Virus record (IMG/VR): IMGVR_UViG_3300012953_000225
Location: 1-24,004 of that record
Direction: 5' to 3' (one strand)
Source: a virus
Lineage: Duplodnaviria; Caudoviricetes
DNA length: 24,004 nucleotides
The position numbers and the translations under genes are program-made. Positions 1 to 7,458 of this stretch are shown one piece after another. The stretch's first letter is position 1. Each line of letters starts with the position of its first letter. The notes below the pieces were generated by a model that worked only from the letters and a program-made list of their open reading frames with translations, was not told the origin of the DNA and did not search any database.

Positions 1-2
1 CT

Positions 3-230
3 GAAACTGGCTTTGTAGGAACTACTGCACTTGGTACTGAAGTTGTAACAGCTTCTGCGTTGGTTGTAGTTGTAGGACAACAATTAACAATTTCATTAAC
101 TAGTCCTACAGTTTGGGGTGAAGTTGATGATTCACAGACATCAGGCTTTACGCCTGTAACAGATTCACAAACAGCAAACTGGTCAGAAGTATCTGATACC
201 CAATCACCAAATTGGGAAGAGGTTGCATAA
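3..230 (+). CDS. 3' end of upstream phage structural (tail-associated) protein, partial
   Basis: Open frame from the window edge reads ETGFVGTTALGTEVVTASA...WGEVDDSQTSGFTPVTDSQTANWSEVSDTQSPNWEEVA*, with TAA at 228-230 directly followed by the RBS of the next gene. It has C-terminal 11-aa repeats. Confidence 0.75.
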   Translation, partial: ETGFVGTTALGTEVVTASALVVVVGQQLTISLTSPTVWGEVDDSQTSGFTPVTDSQTANWSEVSDTQSPNWEEVA

Positions 231-237
231 TAAGGAG
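231..237 (+). promoter_or_regulatory. Shine-Dalgarno TAAGGAG for the ORF at 243
   Basis: TAAGGAG lies 5 nt upstream of ATG 243. Confidence 0.8.
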
Positions 238-242
238 TTTAT

Positions 243-1403
243 ATGGCAAGCACATATGATAATGATTTAAGATTAAATGAAATGGCTACCGGTGATGGTA
301 GTGGTACTTGGGGTGAAACTACTAACCTCAACTTATCTATGATTGCAGAAGCATTTTCATATCAGACCGAAGCTACTTTTGGTTCTGATGCAAATGTTAC
401 TGCTACCATTGCAGATGGTGCTAGTGATAAGTATAGAGCTATGTATATTAAAGTAACTTCTGTTGGTTCTTTAACAGCCACCAGAACATTAACAGTAGCT
501 CCAACTTCAATATCTAAAATGCTGATAGTTGAGAATGGCACATCAGGTTCTCAATCTATTTCTGTGAAACAAGGATCAGGAGCAACAGTAACCATACCAA
601 ACAACAAAACAAAAGTATTAATGTTAGAAGGTACTGGGTCTGGTGCTGGAGTTATAGATGCCTTAGATAAACTAGCATTATCAAATAACGTCACAATAAA
701 CGATGAAACACCTATAAGTGCAGGCAGTACAACTACTTTTACTAATAAAACTTTTGATGCTAATGCCACAGGTAATAGCATAACTAATATAGAAAATGCT
801 GACATAAGTGGTTCGGCTGCAATTGCTTTTAGTAAAATGGCAAATCTAACTGCAAGCAAAGCTTTACAGTCAGATGCTAATGGTGATGTGAGTGCAAGTG
901 GAGTTACTAATACTGAGCTTGGTTATTTATCTGGAGTAACTAGTGCAATACAAACACAAATACAAAATTTATATCCAGTCGGTTCTATCTACATTAATGG
1001 TTCGGTAGCAACTAATCCTAATAGTTTACTAGGTTTTGGAACTTGGGAACGCTATGGTGAAGGTAGAGTATTAGTTAGTCAAAATGGTTCTGATAGTTCT
1101 TTTGATACTTTAGGAGAAACTGGCGGTACTAAAAATGCTATTGTTGTAAGTCACACGCACACAGCTTCAGTTACTGATCCGACTCACTCTCATGATATTT
1201 CAATAGAAAGAATTGGTGGTACGTTTGGTTCTGGAGAATTTGTTGGAGTAAATAGTGGTCCAGGAACTACTGGTAATGTAGGAAATCGTGTACAACCTGC
1301 GTCTACTGGCATCTCAGTTTCGAACAGCACCGAAGGTGCATCTGGTACAAATGAAAACTTACAACCATACATAACTGTATATATGTGGAGAAGAACATCA
1401 TAA
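243..1403 (+). CDS. Tail fibre/collar-type virion protein with C-terminal T4 gp10-like tip domain
   Basis: S/T/G-rich protein. The N-terminus (MASTYDNDLRL..ATG...GTWG..TN.NL) is typical of phage fibre anchors, and there are fibre-like segments (TFTNKTF, TELGYLSGVTSAIQTQI). The C-terminal pattern is YPVGSIYI..NP..LLGFGTWE..GEGRVLV..GETGG..SHTH..NLQPYITVYMWRR. Confidence 0.75.
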   Translation: MASTYDNDLRLNEMATGDGSGTWGETTNLNLSMIAEAFSYQTEATFGSDANVTATIADGASDKYRAMYIKVTSVGSLTATRTLTVAPTSISKMLIVENGTSGSQSISVKQGSGATVTIPNNKTKVLMLEGTGSGAGVIDALDKLALSNNVTINDETPISAGSTTTFTNKTFDANATGNSITNIENADISGSAAIAFSKMANLTASKALQSDANGDVSASGVTNTELGYLSGVTSAIQTQIQNLYPVGSIYINGSVATNPNSLLGFGTWERYGEGRVLVSQNGSDSSFDTLGETGGTKNAIVVSHTHTASVTDPTHSHDISIERIGGTFGSGEFVGVNSGPGTTGNVGNRVQPASTGISVSNSTEGASGTNENLQPYITVYMWRRTS

Positions 1404-1576
1404 TGAGCAAGGAAGCTTTAAACAAAATAGAAACTCACGAGAAAGAATGTACTATTCGGTATCAAAATATTGAAAAGCGTTTAGACGAGGGTGCTAAAAG
1501 ATTTACTAGAATAGAACTTTTAATTATTGGCTTGTATGCTGGTATGGCTGCAATCGAAATAGTTTCAAGTCTTTGA
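1403..1576 (+). CDS. Small coiled-coil protein with one C-terminal transmembrane helix (holin/XhlA-like candidate), 57 aa
   Basis: ATG 1403 overlaps the upstream TAA (TAATG), so it is preferred over 1385. The sequence HEKECTIRYQNIEKRLD is followed by hydrophobic IELLIIGLYAGMAAIEIV. Confidence 0.6.
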   Translation: MSKEALNKIETHEKECTIRYQNIEKRLDEGAKRFTRIELLIIGLYAGMAAIEIVSSL

Positions 1577-1585
1577 GGATAAAAT

Positions 1586-2008
1586 ATGTATGAGTATGGT
1601 TGTGAAGTAGATAGAGTAGTTGATGGTGATACTATTGATGTTACGTTAGATTTAGGTTTTGATATTTTATTTAAAAGCAGAGTTAGGCTTTATGGTATTG
1701 ATACTCCTGAGTCTAGAACTAGAAACCTTGATGAAAAAGCTAGAGGTAAGTTAGCTGCAAAATTTTTACAAGATGCTATAAATACTGCAGAACAAGTTGT
1801 TATTAGGACTGAATTAAAAGATTCTCGTGGCAAATATGGCAGAGTATTAGGTAGCGTCATATGTGATGGCAAAGATATAAATGAAGCTATGGTAGAAAAT
1901 TTTATGGCAGCAAAATACTTTGGGCAAAGTAAAGAAGCTATAGAAGCTGTACACATGGCAAATAGAACTAGATTAATAGAGTTAGGAGTTTTTACACCAG
2001 ATGAATGA
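1586..2008 (+). CDS. Thermonuclease (staphylococcal nuclease-like) family protein
   Basis: Family motifs RVVDGDTIDV, RVRLYGIDTPE, GKYGRVLG and DINEAMV. GAGGA RBS at 1576-1580. No signal peptide. Confidence 0.9.
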   Translation: MYEYGCEVDRVVDGDTIDVTLDLGFDILFKSRVRLYGIDTPESRTRNLDEKARGKLAAKFLQDAINTAEQVVIRTELKDSRGKYGRVLGSVICDGKDINEAMVENFMAAKYFGQSKEAIEAVHMANRTRLIELGVFTPDE

Positions 2009-2351
2009 AGCAGTCCAATTAATAAATGAAGTTGGTTTTCCAATAGCTGCAGCCGGTGGGTTAGGATTTTTTATATGGAAGCTTATTAATAGAATTATAG
2101 ATGGGATGGAAAGCAAGATAGATACAGTTGATGACAAAGTGCAGGCACAACTTAATGCTTTAGAAGAAAGATTAGGTACTAAACTAGATAGTCAACATGG
2201 CATATTAGTTGCTTTGATAGACAGAGTTAGAAGTTTAGATAACGAAATTATTAGACAAGATACCTTAGTAAAAACTATTTTAGGCGTGCCACAATTAATT
2301 GATAGTCAAAAAATAGCTAAAGCAGAAAGAGATGACCAGAGAAAAGACTAA
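2001..2351 (+). CDS. Membrane protein with N-terminal TM helix plus coiled coil (holin-like, YvrJ-like N-terminus)
   Basis: INEVGFPIAAAGGLGFFIWKLI followed by heptad-rich sequence. AGGAG upstream at 1984-1988. Overlaps the nuclease stop. Confidence 0.6.
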   Translation: MNEAVQLINEVGFPIAAAGGLGFFIWKLINRIIDGMESKIDTVDDKVQAQLNALEERLGTKLDSQHGILVALIDRVRSLDNEIIRQDTLVKTILGVPQLIDSQKIAKAERDDQRKD

Positions 2352-2814
2352 AGCTGTATTAGAAAAAACTATGGTATATGGGTTTTTATTAACTATATTA
2401 ATTATATTTGCTGAAAGTATTTTTGCAGACCAAATGACACACGAATTTAAATCACCAAGTTTTAGTGGCAATGGCACATCAAGTCATTACTTGACTATAG
2501 AGAACCAAGAACATACTAGAAAAATGACCATTAAAGAAGAGTTGCAAGCATTGCAAGATGAAATAGAACGTGATGCTGAAAATACAACTCTAGCTAGATT
2601 TGTTAGAAACTTTGAATCTAGAATATATGCACAGCTATCTAGACAATTAGTAGATAATCTATTTGGCGAAACTCCTATGACTGAAGGTACATTTAATCTA
2701 GAAGGAAGCACTATCTCTTATATAAGTGATGGCATAACAATAACTTTAACTGTACTAGATCAAGATGGCTCAACAACAAGTATTTCTATTCCTGTCGGTT
2801 CTTTTACTTTCTAG
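2332..2814 (+). CDS. csgF: Curli secretion accessory protein CsgF-like (alternative start ATG 2371)
   Basis: Signal peptide (GFLLTILIIFAESIFA) is followed by DQMTHEFKSPSFSGNG, matching the mature CsgF N-terminus pattern (E. coli GTMTFQFRNPNFGGNP). Later segments are F.RNFESRIYAQLSRQL and GTFNLEG..I, ending in DGSTTSISIP. Lies directly upstream of csgG. Confidence 0.85.
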   Translation: MTREKTKAVLEKTMVYGFLLTILIIFAESIFADQMTHEFKSPSFSGNGTSSHYLTIENQEHTRKMTIKEELQALQDEIERDAENTTLARFVRNFESRIYAQLSRQLVDNLFGETPMTEGTFNLEGSTISYISDGITITLTVLDQDGSTTSISIPVGSFTF

Positions 2815-3565
2815 TTGTAGTTTATTCCAGAATGTAAAAACTTTAGAAGAACAATACGAATCAGGTAAAGATCAATCTGCGAGTGTGCTTGGAATATTTT
2901 CTGAGGAATTATTAAATGTACAAGCTCCAAAACAAAAACCTGTAATAGCAGTTTATCCAAATAGTTTTACCGATCAGACAGGACAAAGAAAAAGTAATAG
3001 TTCTTATGCTTTGTTTTCAACAGCAGTAACACAAGCACCTCAAGCTTTACTAATTAGAGCTTTAAAACATACTGCTGGTGGTAAATTTTTTGTAGTAGTT
3101 GAAAGAGTAGGCTTAGATAATTTAACTAAAGAAAGACAGCTTATTCGTTCATCAAGAAACGAAAAAGAAAAAAAATTAAAACCATTGTTATTTGCAGGAA
3201 TAATAATGGAAGGTGCAGTAATTTCTTATGACACTAACTTGCGTACAGGAGGTATGGGTGCAAGATATTTAGGACTAGGTTCTAGTATGGAATATCGTGA
3301 AGATATAGTTAGTGTTAGTTTAAGATTAGTTTCGGTGTTGACTGGTGAAATACTTGTAGAAGTTTTGACTGAGAAAACTATATTTAGTTATGGGCAAACT
3401 CAAGATGCTTTTAGATTTATTGAACAAGGTACAGAACTTGTAGAAATAGAAGTTGGTAATGTAGTCAATGAAAGTCCAACGATAGCTTTGCAAAAAGCAA
3501 TCGAAGGAGCAATTCTAGAAATAGTTAAGATAGGATATGAAAGGAGGTTTTGGTCTTATGAGTAA
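2765..3565 (+). CDS. csgG: Curli secretion channel CsgG-like outer-membrane lipoprotein
   Basis: Lipobox LLLSS|C. CsgG motifs IAVY..FTDQTGQRK, FSTAVTQ, FVVVERVGLDNLTKERQLIR, IMEGAVISYDTN, GGMGARYLGLG, Y.ED.V.V.LRLVSV.TGEIL and E.G...NE. Confidence 0.93.
   Translation: MAQQQVFLFLSVLLLSSCSLFQNVKTLEEQYESGKDQSASVLGIFSEELLNVQAPKQKPVIAVYPNSFTDQTGQRKSNSSYALFSTAVTQAPQALLIRALKHTAGGKFFVVVERVGLDNLTKERQLIRSSRNEKEKKLKPLLFAGIIMEGAVISYDTNLRTGGMGARYLGLGSSMEYREDIVSVSLRLVSVLTGEILVEVLTEKTIFSYGQTQDAFRFIEQGTELVEIEVGNVVNESPTIALQKAIEGAILEIVKIGYERRFWSYE
3541..3547 (+). promoter_or_regulatory. Shine-Dalgarno AAGGAGG for ATG 3558
   Basis: Perfect SD 10 nt upstream of ATG 3558, inside the csgG 3' end. Confidence 0.75.
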
Positions 3566-4280
3566 CTTTTTAAAAATATATGTTTTATTATTTGCAATGA
3601 CTACATTAGCAGATAACGAAATATATATCGATCAGTCTGGTGCTACTGCTAATTTAGACATAGAGCAACAAGGTAGTAGCAATTTAATAGGAGGATCAAA
3701 TGCAGTAGCTGGCACGATGACAGCATTGGATTTAGATGGTTCTACTATGACATTAGATATAAATCAAATAGGTTCTTCTAATAAATTTTTAGGTGACATT
3801 TGGTCTGATAGCTATACAGGATTTTTTAATTTTGCAGGAGACAGTAATGTTTTTAACATGCAAACCGATCCTAGTAATACTTTTGGAGCTGATAATTCTA
3901 ATGTAAATGTACAAGTTACTGGTAATACTAATAACTTAACTCTTAATCAAGCGACTGCAGCTCTCGCTTCAGGTCTTGATTTAGATTGGATCATACAAGG
4001 TAGTGGTAACTCTATTACTTCTGCTATAGATATAGATGGTGCAACAAACTATATGAATATTGATGGCAACGACAATACTGTGACTTACGATGGTGACGGC
4101 ACAAATGCTAGTGCAAATGGTTACTTTCATTTAACTCATGGTAGTGGAAACTCAAGGACCTTTAATGTTACACAGCAAAGCACACTTGCCAAAGATTGGT
4201 TACAAATCAATTCTACTGGCTCTAATGGTAATTTCTGTATCAACCAAAACGATCAAGGCACAGCAACCACCTGCCCTTGA
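3558..4280 (+). CDS. Secreted curlin-like (CsgA/CsgB-like) beta-repeat protein, 240 aa
   Basis: Signal peptide MSNFLKIYVLLFAMTTLA. N/Q/G/S/T/D-rich body of ~11-aa units resembling the curlin half-repeat N-x-hydrophobic-x-hydrophobic-x-Q-x-G: DNEIYIDQSG, ANLDIEQQG, MTLDINQIG, SNVNVQVTG, TNNLTLNQ, GNFCINQND. Lies directly after csgG. Confidence 0.7.
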   Translation: MSNFLKIYVLLFAMTTLADNEIYIDQSGATANLDIEQQGSSNLIGGSNAVAGTMTALDLDGSTMTLDINQIGSSNKFLGDIWSDSYTGFFNFAGDSNVFNMQTDPSNTFGADNSNVNVQVTGNTNNLTLNQATAALASGLDLDWIIQGSGNSITSAIDIDGATNYMNIDGNDNTVTYDGDGTNASANGYFHLTHGSGNSRTFNVTQQSTLAKDWLQINSTGSNGNFCINQNDQGTATTCP

Positions 4281-5304
4281 TATTGGAGATATATCAGAGT
4301 TAAACGGAAATGCCGAGATAGTTAGAGACAAGTCATATGATGCTGAATTAAAATTTGCTATCCAACAAAATGATCAGGCTGTAACTAAAGATGGCAGATT
4401 AGCAATAAAATTTTTAGATGATTCGCAGGTAAAACTTACTGAATATTCTGAATTAGTTATAGACGAATATATTTTTAATCCTGATCCTAGTAAATCAAAG
4501 ATGGCTTTAAAATTTACTTTAGGTACAGCTAGATTTATTACTGGCACGTTTAATAAAATAGATAAACAAAATATAAAGTTATCTACGCCAACAGCTAATA
4601 TAGCAATTAGAGGTACAGACTTTACAGCAACAGTTGATGAACTAGGCAGAAGTTTAATTATTTTATTACCAGATAGATTAGGTTTATCTAGTGGTGAAAT
4701 AGAAGTGGTAACAGCTACTGGTAGTGTTTTGTTAAATAAACCTTTTGAATCTACTACTGTATCTGTTTTTGAGTCAGCACCAACAAAACCTTTGGTTTTA
4801 GATTTAACGCTAGATTTAATTGACAATATGTTAATTGTTACACCTCCCAAAAAAACCAAAGAGTTAGTAGAGACCGAAACAAGCAAGCAAGATTCTGTTT
4901 TAGATTTTAATGATTTAGATATTGATTATCTTGATGAAGATTTTTTAGACTCAGAAGAAGAATTAGAATTTACTGAATTAGATATAAATTTTTTAGATGT
5001 AAATTTTTTAGAAGACTTGTTAGACATAGTAGATGCCCTAGCTATAGCTGAAGAAGAAGATAAATTAAAACAAACTTCAGGAATAAATATAGTTGGCACA
5101 GAACTTGGACAAGATAAAGACACACAAATAACTACATTAGTTACAGGACAATTTATAAGTTTTCGTAGAAATGTAAATCAAAATTTACGCTTAGATGTAG
5201 ATGGCAGTAATGCTTACACATTAATATTTGAGCAAGATGGTGTAAACAAAGTAGTAAAAGTAAATGGAGGAAGTGATTCAACAATATCACTCAGTCAACA
5301 ATAA
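4165..5304 (+). CDS. FecR-domain exported protein with acidic linker and C-terminal beta domain
   Basis: AAGGA precedes ATG 4165, so this start is preferred over 4138. Signal/anchor SILLALMVISVS. FecR motifs IG.I..LNG.A.I.R, D...T..GRLAIKFLDDSQVKLTEYSELVIDEY, GTARFITG and STPTANIAIRGTDF. Confidence 0.85.
   Translation: MLHSKAHLPKIGYKSILLALMVISVSTKTIKAQQPPALDIGDISELNGNAEIVRDKSYDAELKFAIQQNDQAVTKDGRLAIKFLDDSQVKLTEYSELVIDEYIFNPDPSKSKMALKFTLGTARFITGTFNKIDKQNIKLSTPTANIAIRGTDFTATVDELGRSLIILLPDRLGLSSGEIEVVTATGSVLLNKPFESTTVSVFESAPTKPLVLDLTLDLIDNMLIVTPPKKTKELVETETSKQDSVLDFNDLDIDYLDEDFLDSEEELEFTELDINFLDVNFLEDLLDIVDALAIAEEEDKLKQTSGINIVGTELGQDKDTQITTLVTGQFISFRRNVNQNLRLDVDGSNAYTLIFEQDGVNKVVKVNGGSDSTISLSQQ
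4903..5013 (+). repeat. Imperfect tandem 16-aa acidic duplication in the FecR-domain protein
   Basis: DFNDLDIDYLDEDFLD (4903-4950) and EFTELDINFLDVNFLE (4966-5013). Confidence 0.6.
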
Positions 5305-7070
5305 TGAAAAAATTAATTTATCCATTACTTGTTTTATTAGTTTTACCTTTTTTCTTTGGGTTATCTTTTATAGAAACTCTCAAGTTAAAAACTTTTGATG
5401 CTTTAGTAAAAGCTCAAGAGCCATCAGGTAACTTTGTTATCTTAAATATTACAGAACAAAATGTATCCGATAGAGGTGGCTTTCCTTTTCCAAGACAGGA
5501 CTATGCAGATATACATGCAGATTTATTAAGGAAAGGTGCATTAGGTGTTGGTTGGGTTATCGCATTTAGTGAACACGATAGGTTTGGTGGCGATGAAGCA
5601 TTTGCTTCGGTCCTAAATTTATCCCCCTCTATCCTTGCTATGTTTGAAAATAATAGTGGTAATTATCCAAAAACATCTGGCACAGTTTATTTAGGAGATG
5701 GAACACCTGCTAGCATAATGTCTAATGGAGTTGCAGAAAATATAGATATTTTGAAAAACTCTGCAGCACAAGGAATAGCAACAGCACCAGTAGATATAGA
5801 TAACTTAGTAAGAAGAATACCCTTACTGTTACAAACACCAGATGGATTTGTTAGTGCTTTTGGTACTGAAGTTTTAAAAACTTTAACAGGCGGTAAAACT
5901 TACATAATAAAATCTACTACAGCAGGTATAGAAGAAATTACTGTACAAGGTATACCACCAGTTAAAACAGATACTTTAGGTAGAAAATGGATAAGTTGGG
6001 TTAAGACTCCAGAAACAGATTTAGATACCATGGAAGTATTTGGTAAGTTTGTTTTTGTTGGAGTCACTGCTAATGGAGTTATGCCACAAATAGCTACGCC
6101 AGTAGGATTATTAGAGCCACATAAAATACAAGCAGCCCTTTCAGAATCTTTATTAATACAAGATAGTCCATATATACCAGCTTGGAATATGCTTGCAGAA
6201 CTAAGCATTCTTATAGTCTCTGTATTATTAGTTTGGTTTGTTTTGCAGTATGCAGGAATTTATCTAGGATTATTTGTGACTGGTAATATTTTCTTAGGTA
6301 CTGCTATATCAGGGTTTTTCTTGATACAATCAGGTTTATTACTCGATGTTACTTGGACTTTAATATCGCAATTTATAACTGGCTCGCTAGCTTTTTACAC
6401 AAGATTTAGAGAACAATATAAATTAAGACTACAAATTAAAAAACAATTTGAACACTATCTTGATCCTAGACAAGTCAAACGATTGCAAGACAATCCTGAT
6501 TTGTTACAACTTGGTGGCGAAACTAAAACAGCTACATTTCTTTTTACTGATGTTAGAGGTTTTACAGCTATGTCAGAAAAACTTAAACCAGAAGATGTTA
6601 CATACATAATGAATAAAGTATTAACAGCACAACAAAAAGCAGTACAAAAACATGGCGGTATGGTTGATAAATATATTGGCGATGCAATGATGGCAATATT
6701 CAATGCACCATTAGATTTGCAAGATCATCCGAAAGCAGCAGTAGACTGTGCTTTAGAAATTGTAGAAAACATAAAAGCTTTAGCTGTTGAGTTGCAAGCA
6801 GAACGATTGCCAGAAATAGCTATAGGTATTGGAATAAATACTGGCTCGGCTGCAATAGGTAACATGGGTTCAGAGGATAGATTTGATTACACAGCTATAG
6901 GCGATGCAGTAAACATTGCAGCTCGTTTAGAAAGTGCCACTAAAGAAAGAAGAGTTGATTTATTAATTGGTGAAGCTACTGAAAAGTTATGTGGCTATAA
7001 TTTAAAACCTTTAAAACCTATAGCAGTCAAGGGTAAAATAGAACCACTAAACATTTATACATATGAGTAA
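5304..7070 (+). CDS. CHASE2-domain membrane receptor adenylate cyclase (class III)
   Basis: N-terminal TM, then CHASE2 motifs (GGFPFPRQDYA, GA..VGWVIAFSEHDR.GGDEAFA, PVDIDNLVRRIPLL, FVFVGVTA) and three TM helices. Cyclase domain has FLFTDVRGFT, VDKYIGDAMMAIF, IGIGINTG and GNMGS..RFDYTAIGDAVNIAARLES. Confidence 0.95.
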   Translation: MKKLIYPLLVLLVLPFFFGLSFIETLKLKTFDALVKAQEPSGNFVILNITEQNVSDRGGFPFPRQDYADIHADLLRKGALGVGWVIAFSEHDRFGGDEAFASVLNLSPSILAMFENNSGNYPKTSGTVYLGDGTPASIMSNGVAENIDILKNSAAQGIATAPVDIDNLVRRIPLLLQTPDGFVSAFGTEVLKTLTGGKTYIIKSTTAGIEEITVQGIPPVKTDTLGRKWISWVKTPETDLDTMEVFGKFVFVGVTANGVMPQIATPVGLLEPHKIQAALSESLLIQDSPYIPAWNMLAELSILIVSVLLVWFVLQYAGIYLGLFVTGNIFLGTAISGFFLIQSGLLLDVTWTLISQFITGSLAFYTRFREQYKLRLQIKKQFEHYLDPRQVKRLQDNPDLLQLGGETKTATFLFTDVRGFTAMSEKLKPEDVTYIMNKVLTAQQKAVQKHGGMVDKYIGDAMMAIFNAPLDLQDHPKAAVDCALEIVENIKALAVELQAERLPEIAIGIGINTGSAAIGNMGSEDRFDYTAIGDAVNIAARLESATKERRVDLLIGEATEKLCGYNLKPLKPIAVKGKIEPLNIYTYE

Positions 7071-7458
7071 AATATTATTAGGAGTTGTTGGCATTTTATT
7101 TATGGCTTGTAGTTTTTTGTATTGGCAAAATTCTAGACTAGCAGAAATAAATCAAGCTTTTGAACTACGAGACAAAGAACAAAAAGAAGCAATAGAAAGC
7201 TTGCAGAATGATTTTAAATTGCAAACAGAAGGTTTGTTAGAATTACAATCTAAAACCCAACAGTATGAACAAGAAATGCAACGCTACTTAGATGTTTTTA
7301 AAAGACACGATCTAAGTAAGTTAGCTTTTGCAAAACCCGGTTTAATAGAACCCAGAGTAAATAAAGGAACTAAAGATGTATTTGAAAGTATTGAAGAGAT
7401 CAGTCGTAATATTGATATCCTTGATGATGGTCTACAGTTGCAGTCTAATACCGACTAA
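7063..7458 (+). CDS. Inner-membrane spanin (Rz-like)
   Basis: N-terminal TM (KILLGVVGILFMACSFLYW) plus a long coiled coil. Its 3' end overlaps a lipoprotein gene, and the endolysin follows. Confidence 0.75.
   Translation: MSKILLGVVGILFMACSFLYWQNSRLAEINQAFELRDKEQKEAIESLQNDFKLQTEGLLELQSKTQQYEQEMQRYLDVFKRHDLSKLAFAKPGLIEPRVNKGTKDVFESIEEISRNIDILDDGLQLQSNTD

Noticed and set aside
243-1403. Diversity-generating retroelement target in the fibre gene
   Set aside because: No template/variable repeat pair or reverse transcriptase is visible in the window.
5304-7070. Cyclase as a Pycsar/CBASS-type defence enzyme
   Set aside because: It has CHASE2-TM receptor architecture and ATP-specifying residues, and no cyclic-nucleotide-binding TIR/TM effector is encoded in the window.
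2332-7070. Cassette as host chromosomal DNA, a transposon, or an assembly chimera
   Set aside because: Its 3' end overlaps the i-spanin gene and its 5' end overlaps or closely abuts the holin-like gene. Composition looks like the flanks, and there is no transposase, integrase or terminal repeat. Read mapping would be needed to exclude chimerism fully.
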